52,858 nucleotides of DNA from an uncultured Planctomycetia bacterium (lineage in GTDB: Bacteria > Omnitrophota > Gorgyraeia > Duberdicusellales > 4484-171), in assembly GCA_964455085.1 (NCBI GenBank), contig CAYVYJ010000009.1, positions 1 to 52,858 on the forward strand, read 5' to 3'. A program made the translations under genes and the position numbers. This document shows, piece by piece, positions 37,774 to 49,065 of the stretch (position 1 is its first letter; each line of letters opens with the position of its first letter). Under the pieces are notes generated by a model. The model worked only from the letters and a program-made list of their open reading frames with translations. It did not search any database and had not been told where the DNA came from.

Positions 37774-39591
37774 TTACACGTTAAATTGTAAGTCGTAGAG
37801 CTTCTTATATAGGGTATCCTGCTTAAGGAGAGTATTGTGGGTTCCTGTTTCAATAATTTTACCCTTTTCTAAAACCACTACCCGATCTGCTTTCTGAACA
37901 GTAGAAAGACGGTGGGCAATAACAAAAGAGGTTTTCCCCTCCATAAGGGTATAAAGAGCTTCCTTGATTAACTGTTCCGATGCCGAATCAAGATGGCTGG
38001 TTGCCTCGTCTAAAATCAAAACAGGAGCATTCTTCAAAAGTGCCCGGGCTATCGCAATCCTCTGTTTTTGCCCTCCGGAAAGCCGAAATCCTCTGTCTCC
38101 TACGACTGTATCAAATTTTTGAGGGATATCAGTAATAAACTCATAAGCGTGGGCTTTTTTGGCTGCCTCGATAATTTCGGCCCGGCTAGCCCCTTCTTTT
38201 CCATAAGCAATATTCTCGCTTACCGTAGAGTTAAACAATACAATATCCTGGGAAACTGCTGATATAAGGGAACGCAAATCTTTTAATCTAAAATCCTTGA
38301 TATCTATTCCATCAATGCAAATCGAACCTTTTTGAGGGTCATAAAAACGTGGAAGCAAGCTTACCAGAGTTGATTTCCCAGCTCCCGAATGGCCAACTAA
38401 AGCAATTACTTCTCCCTTCTTCACCTCTAAATTAATGTCACCTAAGAGAAAAACATCGTCACCGCCATAGCTAAATTCTACTCCTTTAAAGCTAATCCCC
38501 TGATCTAAACTCTTTATCTCTTTAGCCTCTTTTCTCTCTTTCACCTGCGGCTTTTCTCCAAAAATATCGTAAATTCTTGCTGATGCAACCAAGGCTTGTT
38601 GATTAATAGCATGGACATTGGATAATTTCTTAAACGGCCGAATCATCGACATTAAAAAAGCTAAAAAGACTCCGATAATACCAAAAGAAAGTCGTCCCAA
38701 AATAACTTCATTACCGATAATCCAGAGAATTAACACTGCACCTAAAACACCTACCAACTCGGTAAATGGCGATAAGATAAGCGTTCTTTTAGCGCTCTTT
38801 AAGGTAAATTTATAGTATTGGTGGTTAATTTTTTTAAACCGCTCCATTTCGTAATCTTCGCGACAAAAAGACTTTACAACCTGGGCACCTTGAATAGTTT
38901 CAGCCATAAGGGAATTCAAGTCAGCCATCCTCTTCTGCACTTCTAAAGCGAACCGCTTAATTTTCTTACCAATCTTTATCACCGGAAACATTATGCAAGG
39001 GAAAATAACGAAAGCGATAAGCGGTAACTGCCAGGAGATTTTGAAACCGATATAAAAAGCGCAAAAGGCAAAAAATCCCACCTTCATTGACTCAAAGATA
39101 AGGTCTTTAAGCGCATAAGAGATTGCATTAGTAATAACTGCCACATCGTTGGTAACCCTAGCCATTAATTCCCCGGTGCGCTTACGACCATAGAACTCCA
39201 TAGATAAATCCTGAAACTTCTTATAAAGACTATTCCTCACATCCCTTACCACGCCTTGGCCGACAATATTCATCAAATAATCTTGCAAGAATATAAACAG
39301 ACCTTTAAGCAAAAAAAGGAGCGGCATAAAGATAACTATAAATTTAAGGAAGGTCAAAGGCTCGATGGAATTGAATTTTTCAACAATCGCAGAAAGTACT
39401 GACGGTAACTTTCCCGGAATGACTATTGGTTTATTGGTAAGCACTCGGTCGGATAAGGGGACTATCATCCCTAAACTAGCCCCTTCAAAAATGGTAGAAA
39501 TACCCATACAGAAGGCAGCTAAACCCAAAACCCACCGGTAGGATTTAGCAAATCTGAGCAATTTAAAGTATTCTTTTAGATAATTTTTCAC
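37774..39591 (-). CDS. msbA: MsbA-like lipid A ABC exporter
   Basis: TMD plus NBD: GHSGAGKST, LSGGQKQRIAIARA, ILDEATS, IAHRLST; adjacent to lpxB. Confidence 0.8.
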   Translation of the reverse strand: MKNYLKEYFKLLRFAKSYRWVLGLAAFCMGISTIFEGASLGMIVPLSDRVLTNKPIVIPGKLPSVLSAIVEKFNSIEPLTFLKFIVIFMPLLFLLKGLFIFLQDYLMNIVGQGVVRDVRNSLYKKFQDLSMEFYGRKRTGELMARVTNDVAVITNAISYALKDLIFESMKVGFFAFCAFYIGFKISWQLPLIAFVIFPCIMFPVIKIGKKIKRFALEVQKRMADLNSLMAETIQGAQVVKSFCREDYEMERFKKINHQYYKFTLKSAKRTLILSPFTELVGVLGAVLILWIIGNEVILGRLSFGIIGVFLAFLMSMIRPFKKLSNVHAINQQALVASARIYDIFGEKPQVKERKEAKEIKSLDQGISFKGVEFSYGGDDVFLLGDINLEVKKGEVIALVGHSGAGKSTLVSLLPRFYDPQKGSICIDGIDIKDFRLKDLRSLISAVSQDIVLFNSTVSENIAYGKEGASRAEIIEAAKKAHAYEFITDIPQKFDTVVGDRGFRLSGGQKQRIAIARALLKNAPVLILDEATSHLDSASEQLIKEALYTLMEGKTSFVIAHRLSTVQKADRVVVLEKGKIIETGTHNTLLKQDTLYKKLYDLQFNV

Positions 39592-39609
39592 AACCTAAAG
39601 TTTTAGGGG

Positions 39610-39653
39610 ATTCTACCACATCAATTGACTTTTCACAAGGGATTTGATAATAT
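39610..39653. promoter_or_regulatory. Overlapping divergent sigma70 promoters (msbA / oxidoreductase-lpxB)
   Basis: - strand TTGTGA-17-TAGAAT (39638-39610); + strand TTGACT-17-TAATAT (39625-39653); both with extended TG. Confidence 0.7.
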
Positions 39654-39660
39654 GTTAGTT

Positions 39661-40560
39661 ATGCTAAGGGTAGGAATAATTGGAATCGGAAAACTAGGCA
39701 GTATCCATTTGCGTATCTATAAAGAGCTCAAGGAGATAGATAGAATTTATCTTGCTGATACCCAAGCCCAAGCGCTTACTCCCCATCAACAATGTCAGCA
39801 TTCTAAAGATTACCGCAGCCTGAAAGGTAAAGTAGACCTGGTAAGTATTGCTACCCCTACTTCCACTCACTTTGAAATTGCTAAATTCTTTCTGATCAAT
39901 AAAATTCCGGTTCTGGTCGAAAAACCCCTGACCCAGAACCTAAAAGAAGCGGAAAAACTAATTACAATAGCCAAAAAGAACAAAACCCTTCTTTTTGTCG
40001 GTCACGTAGAAAGATATAATAATGCCTACCTAGCAATAAAAAAGATCATTAAAAATCCCCTTTTTATCGAATGCCACCGTTTAAGCCCCTATCCCCACCG
40101 TTCCTTAGACATAAGTGTCGTCCTTGATTTGATGATTCACGATTTGGATATAATTCTCTACCTCCTAAAAGACAAAGTTAAAAAAATCGAAGCTAAGGGA
40201 GTAAAGGTCCTCTCCCCAACCGAAGATATAGCTAATGCCCGTATTGTTTTCCAAGGCGGATGTGTGGCAAATATAACTTCTTCCCGGATATCCCAGAAAA
40301 GAGAGCGAAAAATAAGAGTATTTATGTCTCGGGCTTATATCTCCTTGGATTATGCTCAGCAAACAGTAGAAATATATCGAAAATTAAAGACCAAAATTAG
40401 TAAAGAATGTCTACCGATAAGTAAGGAAGAACCGCTAAAAAAAGAAATCGCCGACTTTATAAATCTGGTTAGTAAGAATAAATTTGGTACAGAGTATGCC
40501 GAAGCAGCCAAAGATGCTTTAGCTCTTGCCTGCAAGATAGAAAGAATTATAAAAAAGTAA
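39661..40560 (+). CDS. Gfo/Idh/MocA oxidoreductase, GnnA-like; ATG at 39661 preferred
   Basis: VGIIGIGKLG, IATPTSTH, LVEKP, VGHVERYN, VVLDLMIHDLD, SRIS; 1 nt before lpxB. Confidence 0.88.
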   Translation: MLRVGIIGIGKLGSIHLRIYKELKEIDRIYLADTQAQALTPHQQCQHSKDYRSLKGKVDLVSIATPTSTHFEIAKFFLINKIPVLVEKPLTQNLKEAEKLITIAKKNKTLLFVGHVERYNNAYLAIKKIIKNPLFIECHRLSPYPHRSLDISVVLDLMIHDLDIILYLLKDKVKKIEAKGVKVLSPTEDIANARIVFQGGCVANITSSRISQKRERKIRVFMSRAYISLDYAQQTVEIYRKLKTKISKECLPISKEEPLKKEIADFINLVSKNKFGTEYAEAAKDALALACKIERIIKK

Positions 40561-40561
40561 A

Positions 40562-41659
40562 ATGCCAAAAATAGTTATTGTTGCCGGGGATAAGTCAGGT
40601 GACCTCTATGGGGGGCTCTTGAGCAAAGAGCTAAAAGAGAAAAATCCTTCAGTTGAAATTTACTCCTTCGGCGGTGATGTTTTGGCCCAACATTCTCAGC
40701 AAATAATTAACCTTCTTAAACACTCAGTCTGTGGAATCGTTGAAGTCCTTTCTTCCTTAGGAAAGCTGATTAATATCTTTAAAAGAATAAAAGAAACTAT
40801 CTTTAAGCTTAAGCCCGATCTAATAATCCTAATTGATTTTCCCGACTTCAATTTAAGATTGGCTAAAGCGCTTAATAGGAAATTCCCTCTCTTCTACTAT
40901 GTAAGCCCTCAAGTCTGGGCCTGGAGAAAGAAACGGATAGAAGTAATAAAAAAATATGTGGATAAAATGGTGGTTATCTTTAAATTTGAAGAAACTTTTT
41001 ATAAAAATGAAAATATGAATGTCTTATACTTTGGCCATCCACTCTTAGAAATAATTAAGGAGGAAGCGGAGAATCCGGAAAAAGTAATCTCCTTTCTGCC
41101 CGGTTCAAGGAAAAACGAAGTGAAAAAACATCTTCCTTTAATGATAAAAGCCAAGAAGATTATCGAAAGGAAATTATCCGGGTACCGATTTCAGATAATC
41201 AGACCGCCTAATTTGAAGAAAAGCTTTTATGAGAAATTCGCACCGGGCATGGATCTTGTTGATCACTCTTATTACGCAATCAAAAAATCAAAGTTTATTA
41301 TTGCCTCATCGGGCACTGCTACGATAGAGATAGCCATATTGGACGTACCTTACATCATAATCTACAAACTTAACCCCATAAGCTGGCATATCTTAAGACA
41401 AATGGTAAGAGCTGACTTTATCGGTATGGTTAACATACTGGCCGGACGAAAAATTGTTGATGAGCTCTTGCAAAACCAGGCTAACCCCCAAACCATAGCA
41501 GCAGTAACTTTAGAATATTTAGCTAACCAAGAAAAGTACTTACGGCTGAGGAACGAGCTGGGAAAGGTAAAAAAGATTCTTTACCCAGCCAATGCAACTA
41601 AGAGATTTGCGGATTTTATTGGGGATTATCTGGAGCTCATACCTTCTTCTTCTTTATGA
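40562..41659 (+). CDS. lpxB: Lipid-A-disaccharide synthase
   Basis: [48 protein letters not shown]. Confidence 0.97.
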   Translation: MPKIVIVAGDKSGDLYGGLLSKELKEKNPSVEIYSFGGDVLAQHSQQIINLLKHSVCGIVEVLSSLGKLINIFKRIKETIFKLKPDLIILIDFPDFNLRLAKALNRKFPLFYYVSPQVWAWRKKRIEVIKKYVDKMVVIFKFEETFYKNENMNVLYFGHPLLEIIKEEAENPEKVISFLPGSRKNEVKKHLPLMIKAKKIIERKLSGYRFQIIRPPNLKKSFYEKFAPGMDLVDHSYYAIKKSKFIIASSGTATIEIAILDVPYIIIYKLNPISWHILRQMVRADFIGMVNILAGRKIVDELLQNQANPQTIAAVTLEYLANQEKYLRLRNELGKVKKILYPANATKRFADFIGDYLELIPSSSL

Positions 41660-43445
41660 AATTGTAGACACTTAAAATTGCTGCCGGTGTAACCCCGCTT
41701 ATTTTTAAGCCTTGAGCTAAGGTATCGGGCTTAAACTTTTTTAATTTTTCAGCTACTTCAACTGACAACGAAGGAACTTTTGAGTAATCGACTTTGGGTA
41801 TTTTTATCTTGTCCAGATTTTTTAATTCTTTCTGCCAAACCAATTCTCGCCGCAGGAAACCTTCATATTTTGCCTGCACTTCTACTTCCCTATCTAACCC
41901 CAAGTCATCGGCCACTATCCCAATCTGCTTCTTAACCTCTTTAAAACTAATCTCTGGCCTCCTTAAGAGATCAAATAGAGAAAGTTTCTTCCCGGAAAAA
42001 GAAGTTTTTTTACTCTTCAGGCTCCTTATTACCTTATCAATACAGGTTTTCTTATCTAAAATTAACCGGTATTGATCCTTACTCAATAACCCTAATTTAC
42101 GTCCGTAGGAAGCTAATCTTAAATCAGCATTACTCTCACGTAAACTAAGGCGAAACTCACTGCGCGAAGTAAACATCCGGTAAGGCTCATCTACGCCCTT
42201 AGTAGTTAAATCATCAACCAAAACTCCGATATAAGCTTTATCCCTTCTTAAAATAAAAGGTTTACTTTTTCTTATTCCCAAAGCTGCATTTATACCAGCA
42301 ATTAGTCCTTGGGCTGCTGCTTCTTCATAACCGGTAGTCCCGTTTACCTGGCCAGCTAAATAAAGTCCTGAAATTGACTTTGTCTCTAAGGTCGGGTAGA
42401 GCTGTCGGGGATCGACTAATCCGTACTCAATACCATAGCCGGGGCGTAAAATTGAAGCGTTTTCTAACCCTTTTATGGTACGGATGAATTTAACCTGAAC
42501 TTCAAAGGGTAACGAGGTCGAGATGCCATTAGGATAAATCTCAAATGATTCTCTTCCCGCAGGTTCAATAAAAATCTGATGCCGCAGACGGTCAGGAAAT
42601 CTTACTACTTTATCCTCCAAAGAAGGACAATATCTTACCCCTTTAGAGATTATCTTTCCGGTATAAAGCGGTGAATATTTTAGATTATTTAAAATTACCC
42701 TGTGAGTCTTCTGGTTAGTGTAAGTTATAAAACAGCTTAGATTATCTCCGGATATGTGCTTATTTAAGAAAGAAAACGGTAAAACATCATCCTCTGGCAT
42801 CTGCTGATCCATTTTAGAAAAATCAATTGTCCGTTTATCTAGACGAGCACAGGTTCCGGTTTTAAAATGCCTGGTCTTAAAGCCAGCCTTCCCGATACTA
42901 GCAAACAATTCATCACTAGATTCTTCGCCAAGCCTTCCTCCGGAAAAACTGCTTAACCCGATGTGAATCTTACTCTTTAAAAAAGTCCCGGCACAAATAA
43001 TTACACTTTTGGCTTTAAAAACTTGGCCAAAGTTTGTTTGGACTCCAAATATTTTTTTATTTTTTATCAGTAAATCTTCTACCTTTGCCTCTAAGATTGT
43101 AATATTTTTGCTATTTTCCACTAAACTTCTGGCAACCCCAGGATAAGAAAACATATCTACTTGGGCCCGGGTAGACCAGACTGCCTTACCCTTACTTCTA
43201 TTTAAAATTCGGTAGCCTAAAGCGCAACTATCAGCGATCTGACCGATTAACCCGCCTAAGGCATCGACCTCTCTGACTAAATTACCTTTAGATACGCCGC
43301 CCACTGCTGGGTTGCAAGATAACTTACCGATAGCATCAATGTCAATGGTTAATAAAAGTACTGAACAACCTAACTTGGCTGCAGCGCAGCTGGCTTCTAT
43401 TCCAGCATGGCCGGCCCCGACTACTATACAATCGTATCTTTCCAT
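41637..43445 (-). CDS. mnmG: tRNA uridine-34 modification enzyme MnmG (GidA)
   Basis: [59 protein letters not shown]. Confidence 0.98.
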   Translation of the reverse strand: MERYDCIVVGAGHAGIEASCAAAKLGCSVLLLTIDIDAIGKLSCNPAVGGVSKGNLVREVDALGGLIGQIADSCALGYRILNRSKGKAVWSTRAQVDMFSYPGVARSLVENSKNITILEAKVEDLLIKNKKIFGVQTNFGQVFKAKSVIICAGTFLKSKIHIGLSSFSGGRLGEESSDELFASIGKAGFKTRHFKTGTCARLDKRTIDFSKMDQQMPEDDVLPFSFLNKHISGDNLSCFITYTNQKTHRVILNNLKYSPLYTGKIISKGVRYCPSLEDKVVRFPDRLRHQIFIEPAGRESFEIYPNGISTSLPFEVQVKFIRTIKGLENASILRPGYGIEYGLVDPRQLYPTLETKSISGLYLAGQVNGTTGYEEAAAQGLIAGINAALGIRKSKPFILRRDKAYIGVLVDDLTTKGVDEPYRMFTSRSEFRLSLRESNADLRLASYGRKLGLLSKDQYRLILDKKTCIDKVIRSLKSKKTSFSGKKLSLFDLLRRPEISFKEVKKQIGIVADDLGLDREVEVQAKYEGFLRRELVWQKELKNLDKIKIPKVDYSKVPSLSVEVAEKLKKFKPDTLAQGLKISGVTPAAILSVYNFIKKKKV

Positions 43446-43537
43446 GGATTATAATTCTAACATAATTTATTCAGAAAAGGAATGTCTTATCGGTAGGAAC
43501 AACTAATAGATATTTTACCTTTGACCAGACAAAGATC

Positions 43538-44284
43538 TTACTCTTTCTTAGTCTGCTTAGCTACAGAATCAATAGCTTTCTTAATAACTTCCGGATCCCC
43601 TAAGTAGTAGTGCTTAATCGGCTTTAAGTCCTTATCTAACTCATAAACCAAAGGTATTCCCGTAGGTATGTTGAGTTTAACTATCTCAGCATCAGGGACT
43701 TGATCTAAATACTTAACTAAAGCCCGGAGACTATTTCCGTGGGCAACAATAATAACCCGTTTACCGTCCTTAAGGGTCGGGGTAATAGTCTCATGCCAAA
43801 AGGGGAGGAACCTATTCACGGTATCTTTTAAGCACTCGGTTAGAGGAAGCTCATGAGAAGTTAAATCTTTATAACGGGGATCCTTGCCGGGAAAACGCCC
43901 ATCATCTTCGGTTAAAGCCGGAGGCTGAATATCATAGCTTCTGCGCCAAATTAGTACTTGTTCCTCTCCGAACTTCTGAACCATCTCTATTTTATTCAGA
44001 CCCTGTAGCGCTCCGTAGTGACGTTCATTAAGACGCCAGGACCTTTGAACCGGAATCCACATTAAATCCATATCTTCTAAGACTATCCAAAGGGTTGAAA
44101 TCGCCCGCTTAAGCACTGAGGTATAAGCGATATCAAAGTTAAACCCTCCCTTTTTTAACCATTCAGCTGATGAATGTGCTTCAGCTACACCTTTTTCAGA
44201 TAATCCTACATCAGTCCAACCGGTAAATCTATTTTCTAAATTCCAAATGCTCTCACCGTGCCTTAATAAAACTAATTTAATCAT
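43538..44284 (-). CDS. gpmA: 2,3-BPG-dependent phosphoglycerate mutase
   Basis: [38 protein letters not shown]. Confidence 0.98.
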   Translation of the reverse strand: MIKLVLLRHGESIWNLENRFTGWTDVGLSEKGVAEAHSSAEWLKKGGFNFDIAYTSVLKRAISTLWIVLEDMDLMWIPVQRSWRLNERHYGALQGLNKIEMVQKFGEEQVLIWRRSYDIQPPALTEDDGRFPGKDPRYKDLTSHELPLTECLKDTVNRFLPFWHETITPTLKDGKRVIIVAHGNSLRALVKYLDQVPDAEIVKLNIPTGIPLVYELDKDLKPIKHYYLGDPEVIKKAIDSVAKQTKKE

Positions 44285-44357
44285 TATGACAACACCACTC
44301 CTTTCTAAACCAGTTTGAAAATATCAGGGAGATACATAGACTCGCCCAACCCTTAAA

Positions 44358-46640
44358 TTAGCACTTTGAATATCCACAGCCGTCACAAACTAGACATCCT
44401 TCTTGATGCCGAAGGGCTGAGCCACAATCCGGGCAGACTCCTACAACGTTATTAAACTTCTTTTTATTAACAGTTAAGTTAACTTCTTCCCTCTTCTGCG
44501 AAGGCAATGCTTCCACTTTAACTGTTTCCTTTTGATCTGCAGTTCTTTTTTCTAACACCCAAGCAATAGCGTCAGCACAGGAAAAGATCTTCTTACCCTT
44601 ATCCCAGGAAGGAGAAGGGCATCTTATACCTTTAAGCTGCTCAACAATAACCTTTACGTCAATCTCACCTCGAAGAGCAAGGGAAACTAACCTGCCTACT
44701 GCCTCAAGCTGAGAAGCAGCACAACCTCCAGCCTTGCCCATCTGAGTAAAGACTTCGAAAAATTTTCCTTCTTCATCTTGATTGACCGTAATATAAAGAT
44801 TACCACAGCCGGTAGTTACCTTGGTAGTAGTTCCTAAGATAACCTCAGGCCTGGGCTTAGGATAAGGGATAACCATCGAATAACTATCAACCTCTTTACC
44901 CGTTTCTTTGCTCTTCTTTCTATCCATGGTAAGAACCTGAACATTTCTACTCCCGTCTCTGTAAACTGTAATTCCTTTACAATTAGACTTATAAGCCAAT
45001 AGATAAGCTTCCTTTATATCATCCACGCTAGCACTATTGGGTAAATTTATTGTTTTCGAAACAGCATTGTCGGTAAATTCCTGAAAAGCAGCCTGCATTT
45101 TTATATGCCAGAGAGGCGGGATATCCATGGCGGTTTTAAAAATCCGTTTTACCCTATCAGTAACTTCCTCCATCTTCTGAATACTCTCACCGGCAGCTAT
45201 TCTCTTCATCAATCCTTCTGAATAAAACCCTTCACTTTTTGCTACATATTCAAAGGCCGGATCTACTTCAAGGAGTTTTTCACCCTCCATAACATTACGA
45301 AAATAACAGAGGGAGAAATTTGGCTCGATGCCAGAAGCAGTTGGGCCGGCAATAATACTTATCGTTCCGGTAGGGGCAATCGTAGTCAAGGTTGCATTCC
45401 TTACCTTTATCCCCTTTTTATGCCAAGAACTCCCTTCCCAAACCGGGAATACACTTCTCTCTTTAGCTAAAGCGGCTGAGGCGTCTTCACTGACACTGCG
45501 AACAAAACACATTATTTCCTTAGCTAAATCTATTGCTTCCTCGCTATCATAAGGGATACCTAAAAATCCTAACATTGTTGCCCAACCCATAATTCCTAAA
45601 CCGATCTTCCTTGTCTTTAAAGTATTCTCTTCAATCTGAGAAAGAGGAAATTTGTTGACATCAATAACATTATCTAAAAATCTTACTGCAAGTCTGATAA
45701 TCCTTTCTAATTTTTCCCAATCTACCTCAAAACCATCAACCTTTTCCTTTAGAATTTTGAAGAGATTAATCGAACCAAGATTACAACTTTCATAAGGTAA
45801 GAGGGGTTGTTCGCCGCAAGGATTAGTGCTTTCAACTTTACCCAGATTAGAAGTAGGGTTATCTTTGTTGATCTTATCGATAAAAATAATTCCCGGCTCC
45901 CCGTTATTGTAGGCATAATCGGCTATAGTATTAAAAACCTTCCTGGCATTTAACTCACCAACAACCTTGTTGTTATGCGGATCAATCAATTGGTAATTTT
46001 CTTCCTTCAGAGCCTTCTCCATAAAATCATCGGTTAAGGCTACAGAAATATTAAAATTAGATATCTCTCCTTCTTTTCCTTTGCACTTTATAAATTCTAA
46101 AATATCAGGGTGATCTATTCTTAAAATCCCCATGTTGGCTCCACGGCGAGTGCCTCCTTGTTTCACTGCCTGAGTAGCAGAATCAAAAACCTTCATGAAC
46201 GAAACCGGGCCGGAAGCCACTCCACCGGTAGATTTGACTACACTATTTTTAGCTCGCAGACGCGAGAAGCTAAAACCAGTACCGCCACCTGTTTTATGGA
46301 TAAGTGCAGTTGCTTTTATTGCATCAAAAATAGACTCCATAGAGTCTTCAATCGGGACAACAAAACAAGCTGAAAGCTGGCCTAAGTCTTTGCCGGCATT
46401 CATTAGGGTAGGAGAGTTGGGCATAAACTCTAAATTCATCATCATTTCAAAGAATGCTTCTTCTTTCTCCTTTAAGCTTGCTGCCTCAGCACCGTATTGC
46501 TTCTCTGCCCCGGCAATAGCCTTCGCCACCCTGGTTAATAACTCACTTGGCGTTTCAATGACTTCACCTTGATCATTTTTCTTAAGATAACGTTTTTTTA
46601 ATACGACAATCGCATTGGAAGAAAAATTCAATGTCTCCAT
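44358..46640 (-). CDS. nrdJ: Class II (B12-dependent) ribonucleotide reductase with C-terminal TSCPD domain and Zn ribbon
   Basis: [59 protein letters not shown]. Confidence 0.95.
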   Translation of the reverse strand: METLNFSSNAIVVLKKRYLKKNDQGEVIETPSELLTRVAKAIAGAEKQYGAEAASLKEKEEAFFEMMMNLEFMPNSPTLMNAGKDLGQLSACFVVPIEDSMESIFDAIKATALIHKTGGGTGFSFSRLRAKNSVVKSTGGVASGPVSFMKVFDSATQAVKQGGTRRGANMGILRIDHPDILEFIKCKGKEGEISNFNISVALTDDFMEKALKEENYQLIDPHNNKVVGELNARKVFNTIADYAYNNGEPGIIFIDKINKDNPTSNLGKVESTNPCGEQPLLPYESCNLGSINLFKILKEKVDGFEVDWEKLERIIRLAVRFLDNVIDVNKFPLSQIEENTLKTRKIGLGIMGWATMLGFLGIPYDSEEAIDLAKEIMCFVRSVSEDASAALAKERSVFPVWEGSSWHKKGIKVRNATLTTIAPTGTISIIAGPTASGIEPNFSLCYFRNVMEGEKLLEVDPAFEYVAKSEGFYSEGLMKRIAAGESIQKMEEVTDRVKRIFKTAMDIPPLWHIKMQAAFQEFTDNAVSKTINLPNSASVDDIKEAYLLAYKSNCKGITVYRDGSRNVQVLTMDRKKSKETGKEVDSYSMVIPYPKPRPEVILGTTTKVTTGCGNLYITVNQDEEGKFFEVFTQMGKAGGCAASQLEAVGRLVSLALRGEIDVKVIVEQLKGIRCPSPSWDKGKKIFSCADAIAWVLEKRTADQKETVKVEALPSQKREEVNLTVNKKKFNNVVGVCPDCGSALRHQEGCLVCDGCGYSKC

Positions 46641-46700
46641 AATCCCCCTTTTTATTTTTTAAAAGATATCTATTGCGGTAAATAAATGATAAGACTCTTT

Positions 46701-46729
46701 TTTATACCATGCTTAAAGCCTAGCGTCAA
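46701..46729 (-). promoter_or_regulatory. Putative nrdJ promoter
   Basis: TTGACG-17 nt-TATAAA with extended TG. Confidence 0.7.
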
Positions 46730-46736
46730 GAAAAAA

Positions 46737-46783
46737 ATACAATATGTAGTAGTTAGAATACCGACAAACCCAATATATTGATA
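46737..46783. promoter_or_regulatory. Tandem NrdR boxes
   Basis: ATACAATATGTAGTAG (46737-46752) and ACCCAATATATTGATA (46768-46783), 31 bp apart; match acaCwAtATaTwGtgt upstream of an RNR gene. Confidence 0.85.
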
Positions 46784-46835
46784 AAATAAGGCCTATAGCT
46801 TCCCACTATTTTTAACTAATGACTAAAAAACAGTG

Positions 46836-47828
46836 TTAGATAAAACTTACTGTGTCACGAATAATAAGTTCTGTGTCCAGAACTATCTTCCGGGAAGGTT
46901 GTTTGCCTTCGATATTTTCTCTTAATATTTTCACAGCCTGATAAACCATTGCTTTTAAAGGTTGCCTCACTGTAGTAAGCATTAGGTTTCCATAAAGACA
47001 ATGGGGGTTGTCGTCAAAACCGATAACGCTTAAGTCCTTAGGAACTTCAATTCTCCTTTCTTCAGCGAAATTCAAGACTTCACTGGCAACCTCATCGCTA
47101 CAGCAGAATATAGCTGTGGGAGAATTTTTAAGAGAAAACAGCTCCTCCAACTTCGCTCGAGCATCTTTACGGGAGAAATTCGTAGCCTTGATATAAGTCT
47201 TAGGCAGAGTTATTCCGTTTTTCTCTAAGGCTAATTTATACCCTTCTGCTCTCTCTTGAGCACATTGAACACGCATATCACCAGCAAGATGGGCAATATA
47301 TTTGTGCCCGTGATGAATCAAGAATTCTGTTGCCTCGTATGCGCCCTTAAAATTATTGATCGCTACACAATTAGCATCAAAATCTTCGACTTTACGGTTT
47401 ATTACTACCAAGGGAATTTCTTCCTTAACCAATCTCCTCAACTGCTTCTCATTGCCAATAATATCAGCCATTATAACCCCATCAATAAGGGAAGTTTTAA
47501 AATTATCCTTGCTCCAGAAAACATTAAGATGCAAATCAATACCCTTAGCTCCCAACGCTGCCGCTACTTCACGTATTATCTCCAGAGCATAAAAAGAATA
47601 AAAAATACCTTCATAACCGGGAATAACTAAACCAAAAGTATCAAGCTTGCCTCCGGCTAGACGGCGAGCATAAAGTAGGGGCTGGTAATTAAGCTCTTTG
47701 ATCGCCTTTTCGATTCTCTGCCGATTTTCTTCTTTTGGAGAGACGTTGTTGAGAAAACGGGAGACAGTAGCAATCGAAACTCCTGCTTTGCGGGCTACAT
47801 CTTTTATGGTAATGTTGGAAGAAGACAC
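46836..47828 (-). CDS. LacI family transcriptional regulator
   Basis: TIKDVARKAGVSIATVSR HTH, ARRL hinge, PTAIFC..D, DLSVIGFDD, LTTVRQP. Confidence 0.96.
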   Translation of the reverse strand: MSSSNITIKDVARKAGVSIATVSRFLNNVSPKEENRQRIEKAIKELNYQPLLYARRLAGGKLDTFGLVIPGYEGIFYSFYALEIIREVAAALGAKGIDLHLNVFWSKDNFKTSLIDGVIMADIIGNEKQLRRLVKEEIPLVVINRKVEDFDANCVAINNFKGAYEATEFLIHHGHKYIAHLAGDMRVQCAQERAEGYKLALEKNGITLPKTYIKATNFSRKDARAKLEELFSLKNSPTAIFCCSDEVASEVLNFAEERRIEVPKDLSVIGFDDNPHCLYGNLMLTTVRQPLKAMVYQAVKILRENIEGKQPSRKIVLDTELIIRDTVSFI

Positions 47829-47832
47829 AAGT

Positions 47833-48999
47833 TTATTGAGTTATAGCGATATCACCTTCTTGGATGGTGTGACCGCCAACTACTTCTTTTATATCTGCTG
47901 CGGATATTTCTTTTCTGGTTTCAATGACTTCGGCTGTACCTACTTCTTTACCGCTACGTATAATTTTTAACCAAGCACCAGGTTTTAAACCAGAAGATTC
48001 TCCTATATCGACAACTATGAATTTCTCTTCATAATTTACAGCAATAACTTCACCGCGTACCTCTTTCAATCCGGAAGCAGTAGGTTTTACTATAATCGGG
48101 GGTAACTCTACCGAAGCTGACTCATCGGCAATAATTTTTTTGCCGCCCTTGACTGTCTGGACAAGCTGCTCCTGCAGCTCTTCAAAAGCTAAAGATTTCT
48201 CTCTTAAAATATTATCGGCATCAGCAATTTTAGCTTCCAGAGATTCTTTCTTAAGTATAGCTTCTTTCAATTTATCCTCTAATTTCATTAACCCTTTGTT
48301 GGCTACAACCAATTCTCTCTTTAAATCAACATTTTCGCGACGTAATTTTTTTACTTCAACAACAGCAGTACTTCTGGTTTCTCTTTCAGTTACCAAATCT
48401 AAACTCATAATACGTAAAGTTCTTTCCTTAAATTTTATCTCCTCTAAGAATCTTGCTTTTTCCTTAACCAACTGGTCTAGTTGAATGCTTAATTCTTTAT
48501 TCTTTCTATCTAATTTTGCTATCTTTTCCTTCTCGTCAAAACGCGCTTTATTTAAAGTTTCAAGTTTTACCTCCAAAGCAGCCTTTTCTTTAACAAAATC
48601 AGCCCAGTGATCTTCGGAGATTTCTCTGGGGCTTATCTTTTCAGTAATACTTACGGCTGTAACTCTATCAGCTGCCCCTTTTACTTCCTCTACTAATTCA
48701 TCCCTTTCCGCAGATACCGTTTTCCACTTATTTTTCCAATTTTCACTCACCGCTTCTAAACTGGAAAGTTCTTTCTTGATCGTTGACAGTCTTCGCTCAA
48801 TCTCACTCTTTTCCTTATCCAGTTTATTGTATTTATATTGAAAATTAGCATTAGCTTCGGTTAAACTTGCCACCTCACCTTGCAACTTCTGATTAGTGAC
48901 TAATAAATTCTCCTTGTCGGCATAGAAAGTAAACGCAACAAATCCTACGCCCAAGATAATAATTAAAAGAATTATGGGAATTATTTTTGTTTTATCCAT
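47833..48999 (-). CDS. Hypothetical membrane-anchored coiled-coil protein with C-terminal beta domain
   Basis: N-terminal TM IIPIILLIIILGVGFVAF; long E/K/L heptad region; C-terminal GEVIAVN..FIVVDIG..GLKPG..GTAEVIE. Confidence 0.8.
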   Translation of the reverse strand: MDKTKIIPIILLIIILGVGFVAFTFYADKENLLVTNQKLQGEVASLTEANANFQYKYNKLDKEKSEIERRLSTIKKELSSLEAVSENWKNKWKTVSAERDELVEEVKGAADRVTAVSITEKISPREISEDHWADFVKEKAALEVKLETLNKARFDEKEKIAKLDRKNKELSIQLDQLVKEKARFLEEIKFKERTLRIMSLDLVTERETRSTAVVEVKKLRRENVDLKRELVVANKGLMKLEDKLKEAILKKESLEAKIADADNILREKSLAFEELQEQLVQTVKGGKKIIADESASVELPPIIVKPTASGLKEVRGEVIAVNYEEKFIVVDIGESSGLKPGAWLKIIRSGKEVGTAEVIETRKEISAADIKEVVGGHTIQEGDIAITQ

Positions 49000-49017
49000 T
49001 ATCGCCCCCTTTGAATA

Positions 49018-49045
49018 ATTATAGCATATAAATTATTGCTGTCAA
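49018..49045 (-). promoter_or_regulatory. Putative promoter for coiled-coil gene and lacI
   Basis: TTGACA-16 nt-TATAAT with extended TG; AGGGGG SD before ATG 48999. Confidence 0.75.
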
Positions 49046-49065
49046 TGCCGTTAAAAATATTTTAA

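Noticed and set aside
37980-38020. MsbA D-loop reads SHLD instead of SALD
   Set aside because: Walker A/B, signature and H-loop are intact; a single substitution is not enough to claim altered function.
49000-49065. LacI operator near the coiled-coil gene promoter
   Set aside because: Only an AT-only palindrome (TTAAAAATATTTTTAA) is present; it lacks the central CG typical of LacI-family operators.
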